From: Geosiphon pyriformis uo1
Taxonomy: Eukaryota; Fungi; Glomeromycota
DNA length: 64,000 nucleotides
NCBI GenBank assembly: GCA_016748015.1
Contig: JAAOMT010000436.1
Location: 548,703 to 612,702 of the forward strand
Direction: 5' to 3'
Shown one piece after another: positions 52,042 to 64,000 of this stretch. Position 1 is the first letter of the stretch; every line of letters begins with the position of its first letter. Made by a program: the position numbers and the translations under genes. The notes beneath the pieces were generated by a model that was given only the letters and a program-made list of their open reading frames with translations, was not told where the DNA came from and did not search any database.

Positions 52042-53596
52042 CCATTTAGAAGCAACTGAACTAGCTACTTCAGATGATTCATATTTGACCAAAGCTTTTT
52101 GCCACAAGCCAATCAATTGCATCTTAATTGACACAATTTTTTCAAACTTAGAAAACACAAATTCCACAGCCAATTTGGAAAAATCAACTGGGATCTTCTT
52201 AATGATCACTTTCCAATCTGAACAACTGTTTACTTTCCTTATCTCATCATTGACAAAAATTTTCTCACAGATTGCTATTTCTTTAGCCTTATTCAAGTTC
52301 AATTTCGAAGTAAATGAAGATCTGATGATCCCTGGAAATTTTGAGAGAGCAGAGGCTTCTCCAAAACCATCAACTCAATAAAAAATTTTTTTTATTGAAA
52401 TCAATTTGTCACTAACAGATTTTCCTGGAATAGCCAAAAGCTCAATATCTAGCATAAAAGATTTTACTGGCTTGAAGTTTCTTTTTTCCAAAACACGTGA
52501 CTTGAAACTTGGCAGCTGATTAAAATTTTTAAACTTAGGAAGTGGAACAGCCACCATATTCTCATCACCACTCAAAACATCAAACAAAGGAGGTTTCGAA
52601 GGTTGACCTAATACATACATACAAGTGTGTGTTTTTCTGGACGTGGTATTGTCTTCCATGCCATCAATTACTGAATTGTCCAAGTTAGTGTAACTAGTTT
52701 CTTCAGCAACAGTATTTTTTATGTTTTCTAAGTCTGACAGGCCACCCATGCTATTTGCTTTGCTTTCTATTTCACTGCCCCAAGATTTTGAAAACTTACT
52801 GTCAATGACACCAATATTAGCCAGGCCCAACAGTCTAGCAGACAAGTCAACCACACTGACTCCAACTTTAGAATTTCTTGGCTTCTTGTAAGATGCACTG
52901 CATGAGTACACACTATTTACTCTTTTTTTTTCATATCAGGCTGGTTCCCCAATTTAGCAGAAGTAGATCCAGAGCCACCAACAATAGGATTTGCCAGTTC
53001 TATGTTCACAAATAAAGGTACATCTGAAGAAATAGTTAAAATACGAAAAGAATAAGGAGTAAGAGAAACTTTTTCTTCGATAATATTTTGCTCTCGTTGT
53101 GACCAGGGGATCAACAAAAAAAAGTCTTTTTTTTTTTTTTTATGTTTTTTCAGCTACTATTACAAATTTAATATCTAAAATAAAAAACTTAACTGAATTA
53201 AAACATTTTTTTTCTTTGATTAAAATATTAAATTATATAATAAAAACAACAAAAACAAATAACAAAAGATTAAAAATATTATTATTATTTAAAAAATCAA
53301 AAAATAACTTTTTAAGTAGTTTATTTAAGCTATAAATTTTAGTACATATGTTTTATAATATAGTCTTATTTATATATTTACTATTACTAAAGTTATTTAA
53401 GTTAACAAAGCTAGTTTTTTTATTATCATATTTTTTAAATTCTTAATATTAGAAAAAGAACTTTTTTCTCTTTTTTGTCCAAAATTCCCAAAAAAGAGTC
53501 AAAAGTTTTTTTAAAAGAAGTTTTTTTACCATTCAGTACAATAAATCAAAACTGTTCTTCGATTACGAGGCCACTGTTGGCTCTGTTATTGCTGTT

Positions 53597-55374
53597 ATGA
53601 AGAAGACTATTAAAGTTTCTGGTTCTGAGAGTGGTTTCAAGGTGGTTGTGTCGAGAAAAAAGAGGAAGGGAGATGTATTGGCAGAGAGTATTGATAATAG
53701 AAAGGTTGCTGCTGAAGCTCCTGGTGCTCATTCATGGAGTTCTGAGACAAGTAACACTACTAAGTCTGAGAGTATTGACATGGAGGAGAAGTGCTTGGTT
53801 GAAGAAACCAGTATTGACTATGGTAAAAGTAGTGCTTTTATGGAAGGGAATCCTAATTAAACGCCAAAAGGTTTACGTGTAAAGACCAAAAAGGTGTTAG
53901 GAAAGCCTTTGGGTGTAATTAATTATGGTACTGTTAATACAGATGATGATGTGTTAGACAATTTTTTTCTATTAAACTGACCGTTCAAGTGCCTGTTTGC
54001 AAATTCTTCGCTTTAGATATTGATCTTGTGGCCATTGCTGGGAAGTTTTCTCAAGAAAAATTGAGTTTTATCAGGAAAATTTTTTCAAGTGTGAATGGTT
54101 TTGGAGGGGCTTCTACTTTCTTAAAATTTGGTGGAATTATTCATGCAACTTTCACTTCAGAAAAAGCAATTATGACTGCTGGGAAATTGGCAAATGATTG
54201 TGTTGTTGTGATAAATACTGATCTTAAGCATCCTTTGAACAACTGTACAGATTGGGCAATTGTAATGAAAGAAATTCCTGTGAGAACTTCCGTGGAGACT
54301 GTGCGTGCTGCCATGTCTAAGTTTGAATTGATTAAGTCAATCAAGATGCAACTTGTAGGTCTGTGGCAAAAAGCAATCATCGAATTAGAAGATCAGAATT
54401 AGGCTGATCTCTTGGCATCCAAATGGTCTATTCTTATTGAAAAAGATGCAGTACATGTGGCCAGGGCTGATGTTGACAAACAAATGTGAGATTCCAGGGA
54501 CAAATTTAGGGCACTACTATACACTCTTCCTGTAAGAACAAATGCTCATGACCTTTGGGATTTCATTGGTTTGGTTGGTGGAAAAACATGTGTTATTGAT
54601 TGTAATCCTGTTAGCTATGCCTGTGCTTGTTGTGTTACTGTTTGCTTTGGGTCTGAATCTGATCTGGTTAGTGCGATGGCTGCAACTCCAGTTATAAAAG
54701 AGATTGGTCTTCACTGGTCTCGCCTCTCTTTGGCACTGTGCTTAGTCTGCAGTCTTTCTGGTTATACATCTCTTAATTGTGTTTTGGTTAAGGTTGGTTT
54801 ATCCCTGAGGGGCAGAAAGGCATCTTTTTCTGCTCAAAATCAAATCAGATTGGCGGCTATCTATGCTCGGAAATCCACGCCTATTTCTCATCTATTGGCC
54901 TTCAGTAGTAAAACTTGAACATCAGTTGTTGGTGCTCCTCTGGTGTGCAATTCTCATGGTGCTAGTTTGTTTCTTGGTTCTGACAATGTTGGTAAACCTC
55001 TCCCTTCTGCTGCAGATGATTTGGAAAAACATTTGGTTCATATTGAAAGCAGTTTTGTTAGCCTCGTGGGACAAATTGGTGAGTTGACTAAGAGGTTGGA
55101 ATCATTTGTGTCAGCAGTTTCCCAGCCTAGTCCTGGATGTCAGCTGCCGGTGACCTTCCCATCACAGAATCAAGGGGAGGATATAGTAATGGGAGTGGGT
55201 TCAGATAATGTCACTAGTGACAAGACTGCTGTCATTCTGGGTTCACCTGTCTCACCTGAGATTGTGAAATTGGAAAACATGGAAGGTTTCTCTGCTTCGG
55301 TCATGATTCTTTCAATATGCTTAGATAGTTTGGCTTTGGCAGGTAGTGCTCTTCCTCTACCTCTTTCTCAATAA
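53597..55374 (+). pseudogene. LINE-4 ORF1, disrupted
   Basis: MKKTIKVSGS..., IKMQLVGLWQKAI, degenerate knuckle CLVCSLSGYTSLNC. Confidence 0.85.
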
Positions 55375-58300
55375 GTGGTCTAGTATGGAAAATTGCTACA
55401 TGTAATGTTCGTGGGTTGAACAATTCTGTGAAGCAAGATAATGTCATTCGTTGGCACAAGGATATGAACAATTTGGTTTCTATTTTTATGGAGTCAAAAC
55501 TTAAAAAAAAAATTTGTCCATGGTTGGCTGACAAATTTGATGGTGTTTGGGTTTTTACTTCTGGTCTGGATTTTGGTTCTTTGGGTGCTGGGGTGTTAAT
55601 CATCATGAATTTTTCTTTGGCAAAACACGTTTGCAAGGTTTCTGAAGTGTCTGGTCAGCTCCTATCCATCAAGTTTCTTTTCAAAAATAAACTTTCAGTG
55701 TCTATTTTGGGGCTTTATGCTGGTGCTTCATCAGTGGTTCAGTTTTCTCAGGCTGGTGAGATCAACTCTCTTATTGCTAAAACTGTTAATGAGTCTTCTT
55801 TTGTTATTCTTGGTGGTGATTTTAATGAAGATGGTTTGCACAAATGTGCCAGTTTCAAAAAGTGTTTTGATTTGGGTTTAATTAACTCTCTGGGGAGAAG
55901 CTCTTTTGTGAAGTCACCTACTTGGTGCAATTCTCATGGTATCACTAAGACAATTGACTATGTGTTTGTTTCTTCTAATTTGGTTGGTGCGGTGGTGGAT
56001 CATGGTGTGGATGGCATTGAGGACTATTTTGATACCAATCACAAGGCTGTTTATGTTTCTGTGGATCTGGGTGGCCTGTTTGATGTCCAGTTGAACTCAC
56101 TGCACAAACAAGCTAATAGAGATCATTGGAAGTATGATATCAAAAATGCTAGTGAGATTAAGTGGTCAGAATTCAGGAATGCTACAGCTGCTAATGCTGT
56201 TATGTTCTTAGATGAGTTTGTTACAGCTAAGCAGTTTTCTGATCTGGATGCAATATGGGACATTGTTTGTAAGATTATGGTTCTTTCAGCTGGTGAAACA
56301 TTCAAAAAAAATGGTTTAAGAGTTTTGATTGTGTTTTTAATAAGGTATCTTCCTGGTTTCATAAACTGAAGCTACTTGTGTTTAAACTGGTGAAGACTTC
56401 TCAGTTGGTTTCTGGTGGGAATTTTGTCTTGTTGTTGAATACTTGAAACAGGCTTGATTCTATGGACACTTCATTAGTGAAATCTCTGTTTCTTTCTGGC
56501 ACTGGTTTTGATGCGATCCATTCTAGACTGGCTAAGATAAGGAAGTCTTACTGCTCTTTTAAGTTATTGGAATCCAAGCGTGCTGAAGAATCTCATATAA
56601 GGCAGGCTATTGAGAAAAGAATGGAGAGTTTTGAGGTAGATAAGGGTCACACCATTAGAAGTGTTTTAGAGCATCTTTTTTGTAAAGTGGTATTAGATCA
56701 TTTGGTGGATGGTGGGGAGTTGGTCTTGGAGCCTAATTTGGTTAAATCTAAGGTAGATGGAATTATGGAGGGTTGGACTAAGAAATGTGTGGTGGCTTCT
56801 GATATCTCTAGCGATTGGGCAAGGCAATTTCGGCCTTTGGATCATGTCTTCAATGGTGCCTTCTCTGATGTAATGTATTCAATCAGTTTTGATAAGATGT
56901 TTGGTGTTATTTCAAATTTGCCTGATGGGAAAGTGGCTGGTCTTTGTGGTATCACTAATGAACTTTGGAAACACTGTGACAAGTCGGTCTTAGATATGCT
57001 TTTGGTGCTCTTAAATTTTTGTTTGGGTTGTGAGTCAGTGCCTGGACCTTGGAGGGAAGCCTGGGTCTCAATAATTCCTAAACCTTACAAGTGGAAGGGG
57101 GTTCTTATAAATACTTGCCCTATTGCTTTGATTGAGACAGCTCGCAAGGTCTTTTCCAAGATTCTTTCAGATCGGATTTCTCTGGCTTGTAGCACTTTTG
57201 ATGTCCTCTATGGGGACAATTTCTCTGTCTTGAAAAGTATGTCTACTCATTCGCCTATCTTTGCTATTGGTTCAGTGATTGAAGATGCTTTGGAAAAGAA
57301 CCAAGAATTGTGGCTGGTTTTACAGGATATGCGCAAAGCTTATAATTCTGTTGGTTGGGAGCATCTCAAGAGGAGTTTGATCAGGGTCAAAATGTGTGAC
57401 AAATTTATCAGATTTTTTGGTAGCATTTATAATGGTCGCACTAACAGAGTGATGATAGATTTTGGTTTGACTGATGGATATTATGTTTACAATAGATTGG
57501 ATTAGGGGGAGGTTTTTTCGCCACTTTTCTGGCGCATATTTTATGACTCGCTTTTGTGTGAGATTAAGAAACAAAAGGGCATTTGTGGTTACAGGTTGAT
57601 TTCTTATTTTGTTTCTAAGACTGGCCAGGTGGAATTTCAAGCTGGGCTAACGTCATTTCTGGTCGCTGGTGCTTTTGTTGATGATACTATCTGGGTTGGT
57701 AGCAGCCAGGCTGCTACACAATACATCCTCAATGTTACTAGTGATTTCTTTTGTTTAAATGACATTTCGATAAACAATGACAAGACTGTAGCCATTCCTA
57801 TCAACTATCAAGTTGTTGCTCCTTACCTAACTATCAGTGATATGCCAATTTCCATTGCTAAAAGAGGTGAATCTTATCATTATCTGGGGATTTTTTTATC
57901 TTCTGAAGGTCTTTTGAAGCCTAGCTTGGTTAAGGCGCATTCAGATGTTTGGTTTTTTGTCAATTTCATTCTGAGAAAAGTTATTTCAGATAAACAGTTT
58001 GCTTATTTGGTGTCTACAGTTTTCTTTTCTATTATTAGCTACAGAATTCAGTTCAGTTTTATTCCTTTTAGTGTGTGTAATAAATAGGATGCTTTGATTC
58101 ACAAGGGCCTGAAGTCCAAATTTGGGCTGCCTCTAGACTTTTCCAATGATGTATTTCATCATCCTTTCTTGTACAATTTAAAAACTTTTGAGCAGATTTA
58201 GGCTGAGAGCAAATCGGCTTCTGTTATTGCTTTTGCAAATTCAGTTGGTGTTTTGGGTCACTTGTTTTCTCATAAGTCTCACGATCTCCAGGTTCTCAGC

Positions 58301-60058
58301 TAGTGTCCTCATCACTCTTTGTTGTTTTCTGTTCATATTAGAGTCAGTTTTTCAAACAACTTTTTGGCAGATGTGGTTTGTATTTTTTCTGGGTGTGATT
58401 TGTCTTTAGGTGGCTCTCTGGCCAGTGTTTTTTGTCTTCGGAGCAGTACTCCTATGTCTCTAGTTCTTGGTGAGACAATTTTCTTCAAATGTGTCTTTTC
58501 CCTTAGGTGTTATGGTATAGCTTTTGTAGAACAACTTTGTGACTAGAATGGCATTGTTTTTAATTAAAAGACTTTTAAGCATTGGAAAAGACTGGACTCC
58601 CATGGCCCAGTCCCCTTCTGGTTTGATTTCTCTGTACGTTTTCTTGGTGGTGTGGCTTTTCCTTCTGGTTGTTCTCCTTATGAGAGTGTTTGTGGCTCTT
58701 CTAACATCTGTCAGTCTCCTGGTTTTGGTGTTATTTGTAATAATCTGTTGAATGTTGATGCTGCCCGCCTCTCTGTGTACATAGATGGGTCTCTGAGTAA
58801 CTTGGGCACTGTTGACATGTTGGCTGGTGCTACAGTTTTCTTTGAGGACATTGATTTGGGTCTGAGTGTAGGGGTTTTTGGTTTGGTTTCTTCTACTTTG
58901 GTGGAGTTACAGGCCATTGCTTTAGCTTTTGAGTGTGTTCCTTCTTTTTGTTCAGTTGACTTGTTCTCAGACAGCTGGGTGGCTTTAAATGCTTGCAGAT
59001 CGGAGTCTTTATTGGTTGGCCCTAAATTTAGGAATTGTTGTTGAATTGAGTGTCGTTACATTGCCAATGTTATTCATTGCAAAAATTTGGATGTTAATTG
59101 GATTAAGTTTAAGGGCCATTCGGGTGTTTTAGGCAATGAGCAGGCTGATGCGCTTGCTAAAAATGCTGCCCTTTCTGCCTGGCATCTGCTTCACTTGGTC
59201 AATAAAAGGTTTTTGAAGGCTGGTGTTGATGTGGTTTCTGGTAATTTGAGGCATTTTGTTCATGACTTATTCAGGTCTATCAATCACACATATTGGGAAA
59301 TTGGTTCTGGTTCTCAGATTGTTCCAGGTTGTCTGCATGCTAATATTGACTGGTTGAGGTCCTCTCTGGTGTGGCACCCAAATTTTCACATGACGACTGG
59401 TTTTACTAATATTTGGACAGCTGGCTTTTATACATATTTCATAAAAGCCCTTTATTATCGCCTTTCTGTTGCTGTGCGAAAGCATCTATATGATAGGAGT
59501 TATTTCAGTGTAGTTTGTTTGTTTTGTGGTAAGGTTGAAGTCTCAGACCATGTTTTTTCTTGCTTTTCTGACACTGATAGTTGCACTGGTTTGTTAGACA
59601 CTTATGCAGCTGCTTGGAAGGTACATTCTGGTCTGTCTTGTTCTTTTTCGTGCATATTGCAGTTGTTGTTGACTTGCATTTCAGATGTGACTGTCAGTAT
59701 GGCCCTGTGTAAGGGCTTTGTTTTTGATGATTGGTATCACAAGTCTGTTTCTGTTTACAAAGATCCTAAGGTGGCAGTGGTCAATATTGTGAATTTTGTA
59801 TGTGAGTTTTGTCTTGCATTTTGTAATAATATCTGGCTGGTCTGTGTGAAACACCAGGCCATTATAGAGAAGAATAAGCTAATTCCACGTGATGGTTCCA
59901 TTCTTGTTGCTGTTTCTGGTTTTTCTATGTGGCTTTCAGCTGGAGTGATTAGGTTGTTGGATGTTGCTGATGCACTTGGCATTAGTTTTGGGTATTGTAA
60001 GCATTGTTTGTTTTATGCAGGTGTTGGTAATCTGGCTTCTGTTTATATAAGTGCATAG
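55371..60058 (+). pseudogene. LINE-4 ORF2 (APE-RT-RNase H-CCHC), disrupted
   Basis: GGDFNE, TIDY, LQDMRKAY, AGAFVDDTIW, VYIDGSL, GHSGVLGNEQAD, CLFCG..DHVFSC. Confidence 0.92.
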
Positions 60059-61259
60059 TGTTGTTTTGACCAGTCTGAGTGTCTGGTCACATGTAACAAA
60101 GGCATGATTCGTGCTTAGTTTAGATTATTTGTATGATGTATAGCACTAGGTAGCATTTGGATTCCATTCATTAAACTTTAATAAAAAAAAAATATTAGAT
60201 ATTTTATTAATATTATTTTTCTTATTTTTAATTTTATTATTTCAAAAATAATATATAAGTTTATTATTAACTTTAAGTACATTTATAATTAAAAAGCTTA
60301 CTAATAAATTTACAACTTTAGACTTAACAAGTTTTTTGATTTTCTTGTCTAATTTTTTTAGAATATAAATATGTATGTCTTATTTTTTTTTAGTATTAAA
60401 ATAGTTTTTTAGTTTAATCTTATTAATATTTGTAGTTTTAGTTAAATTATTAACCAGTTTTATAATTACAAATAAATTTGTATTAAAAAAAATAATTAAG
60501 TATAAATACAAATAAAAAAAAATTAGAACTTTTTTTTTAAATTTTTTGGTTTTATTATAAGCAAAAGATTAACATAACAAAAATTTTTTTTATTAATATT
60601 TTAAAAATAATTATTAATAAAACAATTAAAAGATAAACATATATCATGTCATTATAAAAAGAAAAAAAAAATTCAAAATCTTATGTTTTATATAATTTTA
60701 TATAACATGTAATTTTGGATTTTTATTAGCCAATTAGAATATAAAAATGTTTAAATCTTATAACTTTAAATAGTACATAATTTATTAAACAATTAGAATA
60801 TAAAAATACAATTTAATTTATGGTACATAAATTGAATTTTTAGTATGCTGAATTTTTTGTGTTTATTATATGACTATATTCAAATATATTGCAAAATTTT
60901 AGGTGTTAATTTGTAAGAGTTTTATAAATATAAAACTTATTGTATTGTGTTATAATTAAGAAAGTTTGCATATTAAGAAAGTTTAGCAATAAATAAAATC
61001 AAAAATACAATATTAAAAATGTGATAAATTAAGAAATAAAAAACATAAATAAAATATATATTAGATCAAAAAATAAAAAACATGTTAGATTAAAAGATAA
61101 AAAACACATTAGATTAAATAGTTATTTTTATATAAATAAAACAATACAATAAGTTGAAATGTTTAAGTTAGTATATTTTTATAATAATTTTAATCATAAG
61201 TTTGATTATATTTATTATATAAGTTTAATTATATTATGCTATATATTTATAGTATATAT

Positions 61260-61760
61260 TGTTACAAGTGATTATTTAGAAGGTTAATACAAATAATAAA
61301 CTTGTAACTTAGTGCTCAATAGCTGGTAATATTGGTGATTTTTAAAGATTTTAGAGTTTAAAGATTTTGGTTGAGTTCTTTGTATAATGGACAAAGATTT
61401 AATTAATGGTTTCTTCTGTGAATTTTTTTTTTAACATAGTGGCCAGTTTATTTTGGCAGTTATGCCCTTTTAATAAGCTATCCTTAAATTTTTACTTTTG
61501 TTCTTAAGTCTTTTATCAGGCTATTTTTAATGTCAAATACTTAGCACTTAATTTTTTTAATCAATTAGTAAACAACAAAGAAATAAAATAAAAAAAAATA
61601 AAAAAAATAAAAAAAGAAAATAAAAAATTAGTATTTCATCAATAGTTATGATTAAGAGTTATTGTTTCAATATAATTAAGTATTAGATTTTATTAATATA
61701 GAGTGTTAATAGAATAAAATGAATTAATATTTTTTAATCAAATAATAATAAAATGAATTT
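61260..61760 (-). repeat. Decayed LTR related to the Gypsy A LTR (right end uncertain)
   Basis: TGTTACAAGTGATTATTT...GTGGCCAGTTTATTTTGGCA...; colinear with 32086-32620. Confidence 0.75.
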
Positions 61761-61921
61761 AATAATAATAAATAATTTTATTAATATGGGAATAATTTTA
61801 CTACAATTTATAAAAAACTATTTTTTAAAAGAAAAAGTATTGTTCTAAATTAATATAAACTTTATTGAATTCTTTTGGAATTATTTTTTTTGTTTTTAAT
61901 ATTTTTGTTATATATATATAA

Positions 61922-64000
61922 TTTTCGCCTTTTCTGTGGTACATATTCTATAATCCATTTCTGTATGAGGTTAAAAGACAAAAGAGTGTGTGTGGTTATA
62001 AATTAAATTCTTATTTTATTTTTAAAACTGGCAGAGTGGAATCTCAGGTTGGGTTGACTTTGTTTTTTGCTGCTGGCACTTTTGTCAATAATACAATCTG
62101 AGTTGGTAGTAGTCAAGCTGCTATGCAACACATTTTCAATATTGCAAGTGAATTTTTTTAGTTTAATAACATTTCCATCAATAATGACAAGACTGTGGTC
62201 ATCTCTATTAACTGTTAAGTCAAAAACTCTTATCTGACTATTAGTGGCTTGCCCATTTCTGTTGCCAAAAAAAGAGAGTCACATTACTACCTGGGTATCT
62301 TTTTGTCTTCTGAGAATTTATTGAAACCTAGTATGGCTAAGACTTATTTGGATGTTCAATTTTTTGTCAATCTTGTTTTAAAAAAGGCAATCTCAGATAA
62401 ACAGTTTGCATATTTGGTATCTGCAGTTCTTTACCTAATTATAAGTTATAAAATTCAATTCAGTTTCATTCTTATTGGTGTGTGTAATAAATAGAATGCT
62501 CTCATTTGCAAAGGCTTGAAGTCTAAGTCTGGTCTGCCACTTGATTTTCCCAATGACACAATCTATTATCTTTCTTTGTATAGTTTGAAGACATTTGAAC
62601 AAGTTTAGACTGAGAGCAAATTGGCCTTAGTTGTTTTCTTTGCAAATTCAGTTGGTATTTTAGACAAGTTATTTTCTCATAGGTCACATAATTTTCAGGT
62701 TCTCAGCTGGTGTTCACTTTACCCTTTATAGTTTTTGGCTTATGTCAATATCACTCTTTCAAATAACTTTTTGGTAGGTATAATGCATATATTTCTGAGT
62801 ATGATTTGTTCTTGGACAACTTTCTGGCCAGTGCTTTCTGTTTTTGGGGTGGAACTTCTATGTCTCATGTCCTTGGTGAGTTGACTTATCTTAAGCATGT
62901 TTCTTCATTTTGATGTTATAGTATTGCTTTCATAGACCAATTGCATGACTAAAACAGTACTGTTTTTAAGTAAAAGACATTTAAGCAGTAAAAGTGATTG
63001 GACTCCCATGGCCCTGTTCCTATTTGGTTTGAACTTTTTATTCAATTTCTCAGTTGTGTTACTGTTTTCTTTATTAGTTCTCTCCTTTTAAAGAGTCATG
63101 GTTTTTTAGATATTTTGCAATCTTATAAGTTTGATATTGTCAGAGACAATCTGCTGTATGCTAATGTGAGTCATCTTTCAGTCTATACAAATAGATCTTT
63201 GAGTGGCTTGAAAACTTTAGGTGTAAGGACTAGTGCAGCTGTTTTTTTGAGAACATTAATTTGGGTTTAGGTGTATAGATTTCTAGTTTGTTGTCTTCTA
63301 CTATAATGGAACTGTAAGCTATTGCTTTGGCTCTTAAATGTGTTTTCCCTTCTTATTTTGTGGACCTGTTCATAAACAGCCAGGCTGCCTTGAATGTATA
63401 TAGATCAGATTTGAAGTTTATTTGTCTGGATTTTAGGAATTGGTGTTGGATTAAACATCATTATATTGTAAGCACTATTTGTTACAAGAATTTAAATATC
63501 AGTTGGCATAAGATCAGAGGTCACTTTGGCATTTCTGGCAATAAGTGTGCTGATGAGTTTGCCAAAGCAACTGCTGTTTTCAATTGGCATCTACCTCATT
63601 TGATTAGTGAAAATTATCTTAGGGCTGGTGGTATTGCAGTTTCTGGTAATTCTAGACATTTTGTTTAAGAGATTTTTTGGTTTGTTAATTGTGCACATTG
63701 GAAAACTGGTTTTGGTTCTCAGGTTGTGGAGGATAGTATGCATGTAAAGATTGATTGGTTCAAATTGTCTTTAGTGTGGAATTCTAATTCTCATTTGGCA
63801 GCTGGTTTTACTAGTAAATAGACTATTGGTTCCTAAATGTATTTTATAAAAGCTCTCTATTATCAGTTTCCTGTTGCTGTATGTAAGCAATTATATAATA
63901 AGTATTATTCCAGTATGATTTGTTTGTTTTGTGGTGATGTTGAAGTATCCAACCATGTCTTTTTTTGTCTGTTTGATGCTGCTGATTATGCTTGGTTGTT
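61922..64000 (+). mobile_element. LINE-5: 5'-truncated or interrupted LINE ORF2 (RT C-half, RNase H, CCHC), running off the window end
   Basis: Begins at FSPFLWYIFY; AGTFVNNTI, YYLGIFLS, VYTNRSL, IRGHFGISGNKCAD, CLFCGD. Confidence 0.88.

Larger units (their letters stand above)
42217..53003 (-). pseudogene. LINE-3 ORF1, split by Gypsy B (42217-43216 and 52042-~53003)
   Basis: IKMQLIGLWQKALVKY, LYTLPIGTTAHDL, CTKCKQLGHISTVC. Confidence 0.85.
27326..53141 (-). mobile_element. LINE-3: full-length LINE interrupted by Gypsy A and Gypsy B (own segments 27326-32085, 42162-43216, 52042-53141)
   Basis: TSD ATGTTTTTT at 27317-27325 and 53142-53150. 3' UTR resembles LINE-1 and LINE-4. Frames are restored across both insertions (GINVSAKQED; ASKWSVFV). 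Confidence 0.9.
53454..60190 (+). mobile_element. LINE-4: full-length LINE, inactivated
   Basis: TSD AATATTAGA at 53445-53453 and 60191-60199; poly(A) tail; 5' UTR nearly identical to LINE-1. Confidence 0.93.
26460..60590 (-). mobile_element. LINE-0: very old LINE ORF1/5' region in three pieces (~26460-27325, 53142-53453, 60191-~60590), split by LINE-3 and LINE-4
   Basis: ORF 26953-27165 is a decayed ORF1 RRM (IKIQLINFWQKVLIKF). Frames rejoin across both insertions: VKFFILDIKFVIVAEKT|LNNKLRYIKKIF and NKI|SNIKNLKNMIIKKTSF, matching LINE-3 ORF1 (VKSFMLDIELLAIPGKSVSDKLISIKKIF; SDLENIKNTVAEETSY). Outer limits approximate. Confidence 0.7.

Noticed and set aside
1-64000. Strand-biased TE cluster resembling a piRNA or siRNA master locus
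   Set aside because: All five LTR-type insertions share orientation, but the LINEs split 3 plus and 3 minus; the numbers are too small.
1-64000. Alternative genetic code explaining in-frame TGA/TAG/TAA
   Set aside because: Stops fall at different positions in different copies and match G>A or C>T changes of Trp, Gln and Arg codons.

Overview
This window is made almost entirely of nested, mutationally decayed retrotransposons from an AT-rich eukaryotic genome. The element types suggest a Glomeromycotina-type fungus such as Geosiphon; this is inference from recalled protein families, not a search. I found no host gene, rRNA, tRNA or CRISPR. Contents: (a) four full-length LINEs (ORF1 RRM+CCHC; ORF2 APE-RT-RNaseH-CCHC), each with a target-site duplication, plus one 5'-truncated LINE and one very old LINE; (b) three minus-strand Ty3/Gypsy elements (A 32086-42161, B 43217-52041, very old C <1-23808) and two additional LTRs. 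The nesting can be rebuilt from TSDs and restored reading frames. Gypsy C received a solo LTR, which then received LINE-1; Gypsy C also received LINE-2. Old LINE-0 received LINE-3 and LINE-4, and LINE-3 received Gypsy A and Gypsy B. The main candidate novelty is an architecture shared by all three Gypsy families: a multi-CxxC domain and a dUTPase between protease and RT, plus a conserved ~210-240 aa ORF in the env position that is not env-like. Other points: an AUGA stop/start junction and a 3' hairpin in the LINEs, context-broad C>T/G>A decay that follows insertion age, and an exact Tn5/Nextera mosaic end at 51065-51083 that probably marks an assembly artifact. All translations and alignments were done by eye, so boundaries in the most decayed regions are approximate.
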